DNA from: Nemertoderma westbladi
Taxonomy: Eukaryota; Animalia; Xenacoelomorpha
Reading direction: 5' to 3'
NCBI GenBank assembly: GCA_032718475.1
Contig: JAUCBJ010004879.1
Coordinates: 1 to 43,705, forward strand
Length of the DNA stretch: 43,705 nucleotides
Shown here: positions 25,201 to 36,078 of the stretch, one piece after another
Numbering within the stretch: position 1 is the first letter of the stretch
How the letters are laid out: each line of letters starts with the position of its first letter
Translations under genes and position numbers: made by a program
The notes under the pieces: model-generated
The model's database searches: none
What the model was told of the DNA's origin: nothing
The model's input: the letters and a program-made list of their open reading frames with translations, nothing else

Positions 25201-28200
25201 CCATCCGATGGAACCTTCTCGCTCAGGTTCGAATCCTATCTTTGGGAATTACTTATTTTGCACGTTTTGTTAATTAATTATTAAAAGCCAACAATCATTA
25301 CTAGAATTAAACCAACTTTGTTATTAAGTATGCAGTCCGTTATAAGTTTAGAAATAATCTGAGCTTTTGTCAAAATGAGACAGTCGGAAACTCGGAACCG
25401 GTGGTTTTAGACTTTTGATAAAAACCGAAAGAAGTCGCTCAATCAAGGGGTAAATCTTTTCGACCTACGCGTAGCTACGCGTAGTTTGTAACTTCCATTC
25501 CTGTCATTTACCGGCAGGGCCAGACTTACTGCTTTTTTAACGCGTAGGTGTTTTAAAACTACGCGTAGTTATTTTGTAACTACGCGTAGGTATTTTGAAA
25601 CCACGCGTAGCCGTAGGTGCTACGCGTAGCAGTCCTGATAACAATGATTTTTCATTTCAGGTCCGGTAGGGTTGAGTTGTTAGGCAAGTATCGGTATATG
25701 TCAGGTATCTGATTATCAGACAAGGAATAACAGAATCGGAAACTCATATCTCTACATACAGCACTGGTAATAAATAATATTCGGCCCTTTCACATACAAA
25801 CACAGGATGAATAAAAAGTCTATTTAAATTAAGTTAATTATTTAAATATTCTACAGTAGTAAGCTACCAGTCTACCGGTGAAGTGGTTAAGCGAAAGCTG
25901 ATAAATACTGCATATAATTCAATTGTTTGGTCAAATAACAAGTGCAACCAATCATGGTAGACAATTTAGTACCCCCCTTCCCTTGTCAAGGGGTTAACAT
26001 ATTAAATACAGTATATCCTTGCCCTATCGTGAACAAAGGCAATAAAAAGCATAGAGAATCGATAAGAACCATATCGGCCTATTTCCTTTCTAAACTATTT
26101 TTGAACTCTAAACATTATTAACACATTTTAGCACCCGCAACACATGAAGTGAAGAATTTATGTAGTCTTAGCGTATGCCTCTATATAGAGTATACAGGTA
26201 TAGGGATTTAAGATTTACCCCAATTAAATGATGAATTAAACCAAATTTGAACGTATGCATTCTATCTTGTGCTTTCTAAGTTTGGAAAGTATCTGAAGTT
26301 TGGTCAAAAATAGGAGTCTGTCAGTTGGTAACGGAGGTTTCAGACTTTTTATAAAAAAAACCGAAATAAGTCAGGCAATTGCAGATGAAATTAAACCAAA
26401 ATTTGTACGTATGCAGTCTCGTGCTGCGCGAAGTCCCCACGAACGTGTACTCCTGTATCTATCCTTTGTCTCCCTTTGTACGTCAATGGTCACGTAACGG
26501 GAAGTGTTACTGTTTTAGTGAGCAACTCATTTTGTGAAAGATAGTGGGTATAACACATTTTTTGCATCGTGGGATATAACGGGTTATAGGCCTATTTGAT
26601 TAATTTTTATCGGTGGGTTGATGTTTAATTTCACTCACAATAACTAATTAATATTTATTGTCTCTTTATCGCTATTTGATGAAATACGATAAATATAAAG
26701 TGCATATATAAATTAAACATTGAACTCCCTTTCTCACACTGTTATTTCTCATGAATTAAGAATTTTTTTCAGATACCTCAGACCTACATAAGGTCTGTCA
26801 AAAGTTTTAAATACTCTCCACTCTGCCACTAGAGGGCTACATGGTTTGGAAACAAAAGTGGTACCTTAAGCAAAAAGTGGTACCTTAAGCCTGCTTACTT
26901 CATGAAGCGCCAACGAACGTTAATTAACGAGTTTAATTTAAGAACATTTAATAAGACCTCGATTTTGTAACAGTTTCCTTAATTATTCATAGTTTGTAGA
27001 TTATTTAATTTTCTGCTGATAATCATATTTGAGTATAATGTACATCTTTATTTGTCTGGCTACCTTTGTGTCTGTCCAACAAGGATTATGCCAGGTGCCA
27101 CCCCCTAACACCGTTCTCGTCACAAACAAAGACCAACTGTGGCGCTACCAAGTAGGAATTTATCCTGGGTCCAATGCCATTACCTTAGGTGATGAGAAGA
27201 TCATATTGTACACTTATATAGATCGGTTCATAGACGATCGCTTAGTGGATGAGTTCGGATTCATATCGAATAGGGAGGTAATACCGGAGGTTGGAACGAA
27301 CGAGAGGTTTCAGATTGAGTTTATCGATAATGATCGAGGGATTGTTGCTATAAAAACCTCCCAGAATAAATATTGGTCCTACAACAGCGAGTTTCCTCAA
27401 ACTCACCAATACTGTTGGAACCAACCCTGTCTGACTGCAAGGAAATCTACCGTCGGCAAAAATGAAACATTTCAGATTTATATAAACCAAAACGAAGATG
27501 TAATATACATAGTGACCACTGTGACCGACACTCTCTACCCAGATACGAGGTACGTCTCTGCTGGAGCTCCGATAGCCTACGGAGGTGGCGTCATCAACTT
27601 CAGTAAATGGTACTACGATGATTATTTTGATAACGATTTTTATAAATTCACGCAATTGCGAGGTTGGAAGATCGGCAGTAGAGACAAGTGGTCTGCTCGG
27701 GACAAATGGGAAGCAGTTTGTTCCCTTGACAACATAAACAATGTAGCTCCCGGTAGGTGCACCTTCTCAACTACAGTTGGTACAAGTGTGGCGCAATCGC
27801 AGACCTGGTCTATTAACACATCTCTAACTATTAAAGTTGGCGTCACTTTTAAGTTGATATTCACTGCCGATATTACTACGACTATCGGAACCACCTGGAG
27901 TGAGACTTCGTCCCAGACGTGGTCTGAGGCCGTCACCATAACAACGAGCGTGGATGTGGCCCCGGGTACCAAGGTGACTCTGTACCAAGCCGTTGGTTCC
28001 TACGGACCTGCCAGTGTAAGGGCTCACGAGTTCCTAGCAATAGCTGAAGATGGTCACGGGAAAGTTATTCGTAAATGTAAATCGAAGGATCCAACAAGCA
28101 TTTGCGATCTTATCCAGTAATATGTTCCTTGTAGACCATCTAATGAACTGCTACTGGTATTTGGTTTATTCAGCGTCGTCATTATGTGTATAATGGTGTT

Positions 28201-31198
28201 GGGCTGTTAGTTTTTAATGTTTTATTGAGGTAATATTGAAATTATATATATTATTTATTACAGACTTTTGCTATTACAGACTCCGTTTCACCCACACATC
28301 AGGTTGACCCCCACATCAGGTTGACCCATACATCAGGTTGACCCACACACCCCACACCTTATGACAAACTTACGAAAATTGCCGAATTCTCAGAGAAATT
28401 CAAATTCACTATTGTCGTTTATAAGTAGGATTGGGGAATGCTTAAATCTAACCAAAACAATAAACTAATTATTAACTTTAAAACTAGTGTATCTATGAAA
28501 ATCTGAAATTCGAAATTGAAATATATTTTTAGGTCGGCTTAGTGAGTCGCGTAGCGAGACCTCTAGTATTCACTTCGTTATTAGGTCCGCTTAGCGAGAC
28601 CTCTAGTATTCACTCCATTATTAGGTCCGCATAGCGAGTCGCGTAGCGAGACCTCTAGTATTCACTCCGTTATTAGGTCCGCTTAGCGAGTCGCATAGTG
28701 AGATCTCTAGTATGCACTCCGTTATTAGGTCCGCTTAGCGTGTCGCGTAGCGAGACCTCTAGTATTCACTCCATTATTAGGTCCGCTTAGCGAGTCGCAT
28801 AGTGAGATCTCTAGTATGCACTCCGTTATTAGGTCCGCTTAGCGTGTCGCGTAGCGAGACCTCTAGTATTCACTCCATTATTAGGTCCGCTTAGCGTGTC
28901 GCGTAGCGAGACCTATAGTATTCACTTCGTTATTAGGTCCGCTTAGCGTGTCGCGTAGCGAGACCTCTAGTATTCACTCCGTTATTAGGTCCGCGTAGCG
29001 AGACCTCTAGTATTCACTCCATTATTAGGTCCGCTTAGCGAGTCGCATAGTGAGATCTCTAGTATGCACTCCGTTATTAGGTCCGCTTAGCGTGTCACGT
29101 AGCGAGACCTCTAGTATTCACTCCATTATTAGGTCCGCTTAGCGTGTCGCGTAGCGAGACCTCTAGTATTCACTCCGTTATTAGGTCCGCTTAGCGAGAC
29201 CTCTAGTATTCACTCCATTATTAGGTCCGCTTAGCGTGTCGCGTAGCGAGACCTCTAGTATGCACTCCGTTATTAGGTCCACTTAGCGTGTCACGTAGCG
29301 AGACCTCTAGTATTCACTCCATTATTAGGTCCGCTTACTGTGTCGCGTAGCGAGACCTCTAGTATTCACTCCGATATTAGGTCCGCTTAGCGTGTCGCGT
29401 AGCGAGACCTCTAGTATTCACTCTGTTATTACGTCCGCATAGCGAGACCTCTAGTATTTACTCAGTTTTTAGGTCCGCTTATCGAGTCGTGTAGCGAGTC
29501 GTGTAGCAAGACCTCTAGTATTCACTCTGCTGTTGTTGGTGTAGCGAGACCTCTAGTATTCACTCCATTGTTGTTGGTGTAGCGAGACCTCTAGTATTCA
29601 CTCCGTTGTTGTTGGTGTAGCGAGACCTCTAGTATTCACTCCATTGTTGTTGGTGTAGCGAGACCTCTAGTATTCACTCCGTTGTTGTTGGTGTAGGGAG
29701 ACCTCTAGTATTCACTCCGTTGTTGTTGGTGTAGCGAGACCTCTAGTATTCACTCCATTGTTGTTGGCGTAGCGAGACCTCTAGTATTCACTCCATTGTT
29801 GTTGGCGTAGCGAGACCTCTAGTATTCACTCCATTGTTGTTGGTGTAGCGAGACCTCTAGTATTCACTCCGTTGTTGTTGGTGTAGGGAGACCTCTAGTA
29901 TTCACTCCGTTGTTGTTGGTGTAGCGAGACCTCTAGTATTCACTCCATTGTTGTTGGCGTAGCGAGACCTCTAGTTATTCATTCCGTTATTAGGTCCGCT
30001 TAGCATGTCGTGTAGCGAGACCTCTAGTAATCACTCCGTTATTAGGTTCACGTAGCGTGTTGTGTAGCGAGTCGCATAGCGAGACCTCTAGTATTCACTC
30101 TGTTATTAGGTCTGCTTAGCGAGACCTCTAGTATTCACTCCGTTATTAGGTCCGCGTAGCGAGACCTCTAGTATTCACTCCGTTAGTAGGTCCGCGTAGC
30201 GAGACCTCTAGTATTAACTCCGTTATTAGGTCCGCTTAGCGAGACCTCTAGTATTCACTCCGTTATTAGGTCCGCGTAGCGAGACCTCTAGTATTCACTC
30301 CATTATTAGGTCCACGTAGCGAGACCTCTAGTAATCACTCCGTTATTAGGTTCACGTAGCGTGTTGTGTAGCGATTCGCATAGCGAGACCTCTAGTATTC
30401 ACTCTGTTATTAGGTCCGCTTAGCGAGACCTCTAGTATTCACTCCGTTATTAGGTCCGTGTAGCGAGACCTCTAGTATTCACTCCATTATTAGGTCCACG
30501 TAGCGAGACCTCTAGTATTCACTCCGTTAGTAGGTCCACGTAACGAGACCTCTAGTAATCACTCCGTTATTAGGTTCACGTAGCGTGTTGTGTAGCGAGT
30601 CGCATAGCGAGACCTGTAGTATTCACTCTGTTATTAGGTCTGCGTAGCGAGACCTCTAGTATTCACTCCATTATTAGGTCCACGTAACGAGACCTCTAGT
30701 ATTCACTCCGTTAGTAGGTCCACGTAACGAGACCTCTAGTATTCACTCCGTTAGTAGGTCCGCGTAGCGAGACTTCTAGTATTCACTCCGTTCGTAGGTC
30801 CGCTTAGCGTGTCGCATGGCGAGACCTCTAGTATTCACTCCGTTATTTGTATTTATTTGTATCGTTATGTTGTTTAGAAAATTAAAAGAAGCATTAAATT
30901 TTCGTATAGAAATGTACAATTTGGTTATAATAATTTTATAATTTAATGTATTAAAAATAATGTTATTATTGACATTTCAGCCGAAACCAGCAGTAGGTAT
31001 TCTCAATGTGGGGGCCCCAGCTGGAGGTGTGAATGCGGCAGTTCGCGCAGCTGTTCGAATCATCCTCAATGAAGGATTCCCTGTAATGGGCGTCAATGAG
31101 GGCTTCGATGGTCTAATCAATGGTAAAGTCAACAATTTCCATTGGACCAGTGTCTCCGGATGGCTAGACATGGGCGGATCAAATCTCGGTACTAAAAG
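7073..31198 (+). CDS. PFK: ATP-dependent 6-phosphofructokinase, eukaryotic type (partial multi-exon gene; six exons visible, 5' and 3' exons outside window)
   Basis: The spliced translation is continuous and shows PFK motifs [83 protein letters not shown] and the start of the regulatory half ([14 protein letters not shown]...GGSNLGTKR). All junctions are GT-AG with matching phases. Confidence 0.96.
7263..7434 (+). repeat. 47-bp tandem repeat starting exactly at the splice donor (gtaagttagtggggttggtagcaaggtaaaggacgatatgattggct), 3 full copies plus 1 internally deleted copy
   Basis: GTAAGTTAGTGGGGTTGGTA recurs at 7263, 7310, 7357 and 7404. Confidence 0.93.
7444..8710 (+). repeat. 52-bp tandem repeat spanning the splice acceptor (caaggagtgttggttctctttgcag|atacaatcactaag[g/t]aacagttcgata), 24 acceptor copies
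   Basis: First ttctctttgcAG ends at 7490, last at 8683; 1193 bp = 23 x 52 - 3 (three 51-bp variants). The last copy runs directly into PFK coding sequence. Confidence 0.95.
8684..9006 (+). CDS. PFK: PFK exon (323 bp): (N)[43 protein letters not shown]...[13 protein letters not shown]...CSKLED
   Basis: Starts in phase 1 after ttctctttgcag, donor gtgagt at 9007. Contains the catalytic SIDND and MGR motifs. Lies within ORF 8626..9072. Confidence 0.95.
9203..9391 (+). CDS. PFK: PFK exon (189 bp): [63 protein letters not shown]
   Basis: Acceptor ttaattag, donor gtgagt at 9392, phase 0/0. AEGA and LGHVQRGG motifs. Confidence 0.95.
9494..9619 (+). CDS. PFK: PFK exon (126 bp): [42 protein letters not shown]
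   Basis: Acceptor ttgttttag, donor CAG|gtgagt at 9620, phase 0/0. Resembles the animal PFK segment RMGVEAV...PACVVSLSGNQ..LMECV. Confidence 0.93.
9586..18254 (+). repeat. 40-bp tandem repeat made of the exon's last ~33 nt plus the splice donor (tgtaagagtagacctcatggagtgggtgagacag|gtgagt), ~215 copies, 8.7 kb
   Basis: The first unit is the coding end of exon 9494-9619. The last unit ends gagacag|gtaagtttg at 18248, followed by unique AT-rich intron sequence. Confidence 0.97.
18408..22081. repeat. Degenerate ~20-bp satellite (ggacactaacctgtccaccc / ggacactatctggagcaccc / tgacactaatcaatccaccc) with large internal block duplications
   Basis: cccggacacta recurs about every 20 bp over 3.7 kb. The distinctive ggggattccggacactacc block is seen near 18822 and 19673. 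Confidence 0.93.
22174..22329 (+). CDS. PFK: PFK exon (156 bp): [52 protein letters not shown] (inter-domain linker)
   Basis: Acceptor tatttttccccag and the LRGRSF..N motif. Donor taken as gttagt at 22330; nearby in-frame GTs make the exact 3' end less certain. Confidence 0.85.
23512..23585 (-). pseudogene. tRNA-derived sequence (SINE head or tRNA pseudogene; anticodon loop CT-TGC-AA, Ala-like)
   Basis: Minus strand reads GTCGGAATGGTTGGAGCG CCAGA CTTGCAA CCTGG AGGTC GCCAG TTCGATC CCACC TCGACGCCA. It has A/B-box-like motifs and an anticodon arm, but the T stem and acceptor stem do not pair. Confidence 0.6.
24226..24417. mobile_element. 192-bp MITE, PIF/Harbinger-like (TIR ggccgcgttcacactaccgagtcaaagtcaaa, TTA target duplication)
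   Basis: ~32-bp near-perfect terminal inverted repeats; TTA at 24223-24225 and 24418-24420; second copy at 36662. Confidence 0.88.
25166..25247 (+). pseudogene. tRNA-derived sequence (long-variable-arm Ser/Leu-type; SINE head or pseudogene)
   Basis: A box TGGCTGAATGG, then TAAGGCG, arm TTGGA-CTACCCA-TCCGA, a long variable region and B box GGTTCGAATCC. The acceptor stem does not pair. Confidence 0.6.
27038..28120 (+). CDS. Secreted 360-aa protein: signal peptide + fascin-like beta-trefoil + aerolysin/ETX-MTX2-like beta-pore-forming domain; intronless CDS nested in a PFK intron
   Basis: Uninterrupted ORF with first ATG at 27038 and a hydrophobic N-terminus ([18 protein letters not shown]). 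Trefoil-type repeats: [25 protein letters not shown] and [16 protein letters not shown]. Ser/Thr-rich strands flank an alternating hairpin [31 protein letters not shown], followed by [13 protein letters not shown]. Confidence 0.75.
   Translation: MYIFICLATFVSVQQGLCQVPPPNTVLVTNKDQLWRYQVGIYPGSNAITLGDEKIILYTYIDRFIDDRLVDEFGFISNREVIPEVGTNERFQIEFIDNDRGIVAIKTSQNKYWSYNSEFPQTHQYCWNQPCLTARKSTVGKNETFQIYINQNEDVIYIVTTVTDTLYPDTRYVSAGAPIAYGGGVINFSKWYYDDYFDNDFYKFTQLRGWKIGSRDKWSARDKWEAVCSLDNINNVAPGRCTFSTTVGTSVAQSQTWSINTSLTIKVGVTFKLIFTADITTTIGTTWSETSSQTWSEAVTITTSVDVAPGTKVTLYQAVGSYGPASVRAHEFLAIAEDGHGKVIRKCKSKDPTSICDLIQ
28291..28348. repeat. 17-bp tandem repeat (cccacacatcaggttga), ~3 copies
   Basis: aggttgaccc at 28301, 28318 and 28335. 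Confidence 0.85.
28527..30846. repeat. Tandem array of ~50 units of 52/40/38 bp with the core tagcgagacctctagtattcactcc; hairpin-forming
   Basis: 52-bp unit ttaggtccgcttagcgtgtcgcgtagcgagacctctagtattcactccgtta, a 40-bp deletion form, and a 38-bp ttgttggtg form in the centre (~29530-29970). Confidence 0.95.
30981..31198 (+). CDS. PFK: PFK exon (218 bp): [32 protein letters not shown]...[11 protein letters not shown]...[18 protein letters not shown](R), start of the C-terminal regulatory half
   Basis: Acceptor gacatttcag, donor AG|gtgagt at 31199, ends in phase 2. Matches the animal PFK motifs NVGAPAAGMNAAVR and GGS.LGTKR. Confidence 0.95.
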
Positions 31199-31338
31199 GT
31201 GAGTTATTTATTAGTTTCAATGACTTAACGCCGTGATCCGTGATTAACTTCATAATTTTAAATCTCTTTATATCATAACCTTATTTCTATATATCGATCA
31301 ATAATATAATAATTAATAAATCAATACATTTGGAAAAA

Positions 31339-32225
31339 ATGGCGGAACCCGATCTGTTTGCCAGGGCGGAGGCCGACCTATGTACACTCTTCTGTGCAAT
31401 AAAAAGGAAAAAGAGCGTATCAATTGAAGACGAGAATCATTTCGGAGAAATACTCTCTCGAATGAACGCACAGCTTAGAGAATCGCAAGCGAACAACAGG
31501 ACGGCGCTCTCGGATCTAGTGGACTCGCGACACGAAACAGCATCTGCGCGAAAGGAAACTATAAAGGCAAAGGACGATCTGCCTGCTAAAGCACTTGCAG
31601 ACCGAAAGATCCAGACAACGGAACTCTAGCTCGCGATCGTTCGCATCCGTAGTGCGGGGCGCAGGCAATGCGGCCCTGAACGGTGCATCCTCAGCCCAAG
31701 CTTCTGACAACGCCACTAGCGGGAACTCGGAAATCAATTCTGTCCTGAGACCGGACAATAACCACCAAGGAGGAGGCGGAGGCTGGTCGCCACCACAACG
31801 CTCGACAAACTACAGGAGACCTGCACCGGTGCGAGGTGGCCGATCTGGTGGCCCGCTGCGGGTCGCTAAGGACAACGAGGAGCAGAATGGGATGAAGGCG
31901 CACGTATACATTGGGCGGCTGCACCTAGAAACTACAGAGGTAGAGATAAAAGGATTCCTTGAGGGGGAGGGTCTCGTCTGATGTCGACAACGTCCACGCG
32001 CTCCCACTAAAAGATGGGAATGCACCATTCAAGGGGTTTCACATTACGTGCAACCAAACGGAGCGCGACTGCATAATGGACCCCAACCTATGGGAGACAG
32101 GTATAACGATTCGAAACTACACCCTATCTAATGCTGAGCGACAGGCATTGGGCCTGCGTCAGCGACCGGCGAGCAACCGCCCGGCTACCAATGACCCCGA
32201 GTGGCCAGTCAGAATGACAGACTGA
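31339..32225 (+). pseudogene. LINE ORF1 remnant (coiled coil + RRM-like), in three frameshifted pieces
   Basis: ATG at 31339 in aaaatggcgg. SFASVV, HVYIGRLHLETTEVEIKGFL and FKGFHIT...IMDPNLWETGITIRNY resemble RRM-type LINE ORF1 C-termini. Confidence 0.7.
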
Positions 32226-33560
32226 AGAAACCTGTAAGCTACTTCTATGGAACATTGAAGGGTTCAGGTTCATACGTGGCGTTCTAACTGACTCTGAACT
32301 CTTCCGAGATAGCGACATAATCCTACTCAATGAAACCTTATATTGGGAGGATGTCTGCGAAACTAATGGGTACTATACCTGTATACAAAAAGCCAAAAAA
32401 GGAGTGATTGGGCGACCTTCTGGTGGACTAATGGCTTTTCTAAAACCGCATCTTCAGCACCGTGTATTATTTCAATGCGACAATTACATGGTTATACGCA
32501 CAAACAGCGCCCAATTCATTCTGAGTTACTTTTCTCCAGAGACGGCGGTTTCAGAGATTCTTCTAACAATAACTGAGGCGTTACATTATACTTCCTCAGA
32601 ATCTATTACTGTAATAGCTGGTGACCTAAACTGCCGAACTGACCAGGGCACCCGGGGCAAGGACCTGGTAGAAAATCTCCAGGACTTTGGTTTTATACTG
32701 CTCAACGATGGAGACAAGCGCACGTGCTTATCGCCACAAGGAGAAAGTACCTTGGATTTAATTCTGATCCGCTACCAGGCCACCATACCGCACCCAGACC
32801 AACTTCCAGCTGTCGAGGTCATCTACGACGGCATCCGCAAACACCAGCGTGTGGAAACCCGGCTGATAATTCCATGAAACTCAGCTCAGACACTGGACAG
32901 ACCTCCGCGACTAAACCGAAAAATTAATCTACAAGCCCTAGCAACAGAAACAAGATCTATTCCGGAAGCGTTTGCTGACACCGGTGACAACGTAGATGCT
33001 GCCTGCAACCTCCTCACCGATGCGATACACAAATCGGCTGGAACTAAAGTACAGAACACTCGGAAAGGGAAGCTGTGGTTCGACGCGGATCTCACACAAA
33101 TTAAACGCGACTTAGTGAAAGCGATGCAGGAAAGAAACATATCGAACTACCATATGCAAAGCTTCTGGGACACTCGTCGCCTATATAAAAAGAAGATAGT
33201 CGAGAAAAAACGCCAATTCGAACAAAATCAGCCGTCCAGAATGGTTGACACTGCGGAGCTTACTCCATGGACTTTTGTAAAGAACAAACTAACAAACTCT
33301 ACAGCACCAATCCCTGCCGCACAACTCGAACAGCACTTTACCAAACTTTTTGGAATCCCAAACAACCCGCAGTCATTTGAACCTCCCCCAGACAACGACG
33401 ATGGCGATCCAACAGACTGGTTCAACGAGCCAATCACACAGCAGGAAGTACAGCAAACTATAAGTAGATCCGCCAATAATAAAGCGGCCGGTCTAGACCA
33501 AGTCGTGTATGAGCACCTTAAGCAAGGTATAGTACATATTTTGTTTCTACTGACAGCACT
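32218..33560 (+). pseudogene. LINE ORF2 5' part: apurinic-like endonuclease and linker; in-frame TGA at 32875
   Basis: LLLWNIEG, DIILLNET, GRPSGGL, IAGDLNCR, STLDLI; after the stop KLWFDAD, FNEPITQQEV and NNKAAGLDQVVYEHLK in the same frame. Confidence 0.88.
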
Positions 33561-34808
33561 GTGGGGCGAGCCACGAAGTGAGTGAGCCTTAGCGTAGTGG
33601 TACCATTAATCAACCTGTCGTTCTGTCGTTCTGTCGTGTTCAATTTTAAACGTTAATAACTCGGCCAATCTTTGATGAAATCTATCCAAACTTGGTACAC
33701 ATGTTGTTTGGCAAAAGTTTAGAAATTTTCCAAGTAGAATTTCCGTGTGGCCTTCGAGAAGCTAAGATAATAGCAGTTAATTAGTTAATTAAGTTGATTG
33801 CGGTGAAAACGCCATTTTCAACCTGCCTTTTAAAGGAAATTAATTGTTTTACAGTATAAGATTTAAATAATTATACTTAAAAATTATACAGATATAATCC
33901 CCATACGCCATTCTATTATAGTTTTTAATTAGTTTAAGTGATTTGCTTTAATAAATGTGTCTTTAATTGATCTAAACGTAATTAAACCGCACAATTATTG
34001 AGTACAAATTTAATCCTTCCCATTATTGGTCAAGTCTCTGCTGGTGTGGAGCTAGCTGCTGGGAGTTGTGGCTGTAGACTAACCTGAGAGGAATTGTAAT
34101 AGAGGCAACCAGTATTGCTATTCCAGCCCAATCACTGAATTGTGTTTATTATAGGCTGGACGGGCCGCATAACCGTTCGACTATTACTACTATTGCTATC
34201 TCAGTTAAATGACAGATATAATAACATAAATACAATCCATGGCATGGCTGTTGTAGGCTTCTGAAATAGTTTATTCCACAATGTATATGTCTGGTTATTT
34301 TTTAATTGAATTTTTGCAAAGTAGTAAAATTAATGTTCTTAAAAATAATATTATTATTTTATATGTAACCTAGGAAATTAGCTACATTTTTTCGCTGCAG
34401 CTTTAAGAGTGTACATTGATTTAATATTATTTCAATACCCATATTACTACATCGGCATAAGATGCGTTGGCGTTGTATCACACATCTCCACATATCACAC
34501 ATCTCCACATAGATGTATCAACAGTTACTCGCACAGTTTCGAAACTTCGCATAGTTATAACTGTATAAAGATCGTCAGTCTGCGTTTAGGAAAAATATTT
34601 TATGACAAAACAGGACAAGCGACGAGCGCAACGAGGCATATAATGAAGACGAGTACTGCGTTGACTAAATTATTATATAAACCACCTGGCTTCACATATT
34701 GATCGCATCCCTAGTTATTATTATTATAAAGATCGTCCTAGCTTGCGTTTAAGAAATATATTTAAATACAAAACAGGACGAACGCAAAGAGGCTTATAAT
34801 GAAAACGC
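33559..34808 (+). mobile_element. Non-coding insert in LINE ORF2, beginning with a Helentron/HINE-like 5' end
   Basis: ctgtggggcgagccacgaagt, then (ctgtcgtt)3 and ccaaacttggtacac; the terminus is shared with 23899. Two ~100-bp diverged direct repeats at ~34551 and ~34712. Confidence 0.65.
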
Positions 34809-36078
34809 CCAAGTGAACAATTTGGCTTTCTCCCTGGTAAATCAACCCTAAACGCATTGGTAATTTTAATCTCAGACATTAACAAGGCATTGCAGTCACC
34901 TATCCGCACTGAGCGCATGGTATATGCAGTGTTTGTTGATTTTAAGAAAGCGTTCGATATGGTTAGTCGTGCAGTGCTCCTAAAGAAACAATACAACGCC
35001 GGAGTCCGCGGTAAAATATTCGCGATTATTAAGGACTTACTCACCAACAAAGTTACAATTTTTGATGGGCTCTGTCTGTCAAACTTCATCGAGCAACTAC
35101 GCGGTATTTTACAAGGGGACAGACAGTTTATCGCCGACCTGTTTCATTCTATTTATTGCGGATTTAGCGACTACGCTGAGAAACATTGGTTCCTTCCTAC
35201 GTTTCCTTTTTTATGCAGACGATCTAGTATTTTATTCAAGTAACAAACAATATATACAAAAGGCTCTAACTGTACTGCATGAATGGTGCACTAACAACGG
35301 CATGGAAGTCAATTTAATTAAGACTAAAATTGTAAAATTCAGAAAGGGTGGACGACTTGCGCCGACTGATATATTTTATTACGGAGGCAGAGTGGTAGAA
35401 ATCTGCAAACAGTATGAGTATCTAGGCGTTTTATTCCAGTCATCACTGTGTTTCACAAACCATATCAAGTCAAAACAACAAAAGGCTTATAAATTAATTG
35501 GATCAATAAACAACCTTCATCTCCTTTCCATTGAAACAGCTCTAAATATTTTCGAAATAAAGATTGCCCCAATGGCACTTTATGGCTTCAAAAGTTATAG
35601 CCACCACCTTAAGCTGCAAAATCTAAAAGATATTGATCGGATCAAATCGCGCTTTGTAAAGAAAATGTTATGTCTACATAAATCATCGTCTTCGACAGCT
35701 GCAATAAAGCTTGCCAACTCAAAGATGTTTATAGAGACGACTCTAGACAAGAACCCTGATATCCTTAACCCAGACGTTCTAGAACAATATAGAGCGCACA
35801 GGGTGGAGCGCACCGCCAACTTCGCAGCCAGGGGGTACCAGCGTGGCCCAGGGTTCACCACTAACTGGTGGAGACTCCCGGGGCAACGCAAAAGACACAT
35901 CATTACCAGGACCACGATCCACGGCTGGCACCACAGGATCTGCGTAAACCGCCGATACCACGACCCGGAAGACAAATGTGTCTGTTTGTTCTGCAATGGC
36001 AGCTGCAGCGACAGATACCACGTCCTGTCTTGCCCGGACTGTCCTCGACCCGAAGCCCTCGCTACAGAAACCAACTAG
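34809..36078 (+). pseudogene. LINE ORF2 3' part: reverse transcriptase and C-terminal zinc-finger-like motif; frameshift at ~35120
   Basis: EQFGFLPGKST, VFVDFKKAFDMV, GILQGD/SLSPTCF (frameshift at gacagacag), FYADDLV, YEYLGV, CVCLFC...DRYHVLSC. Confidence 0.92.

Larger units (their letters stand above)
23899..26450 (+). mobile_element. Helentron/HINE (DINE-1-like) non-autonomous element or cluster of fragments, with nested insertions; boundaries approximate
   Basis: The 5' end ctgtggggcgagacacgtagt is shared with the insert at 33559 and followed by a (GTCC/GTCT)n tract and ccaaactt. Related core repeats (aattaaaccaa...gtatgca...agactttt..aaaaaccgaaa) occur at ~25306, ~26235 and ~26389. A possible inverted end (ccccac) lies near 26435. 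Confidence 0.5.

Noticed and set aside
23512-25247. Two functional tRNA genes
   Set aside because: The acceptor stems (and one T stem) do not pair, so they are treated as SINE heads or pseudogenes.
27029-27037. TTG start for the toxin-like ORF
   Set aside because: In a eukaryotic gene the in-frame ATG at 27038 is more plausible and directly begins the signal peptide.
28527-30846. CRISPR-like array (constant core with variable intervening sequence); also considered for 18408-22081
   Set aside because: The intervening parts are variants of each other, not unique spacers; there are no cas genes and the context is eukaryotic and spliceosomal.
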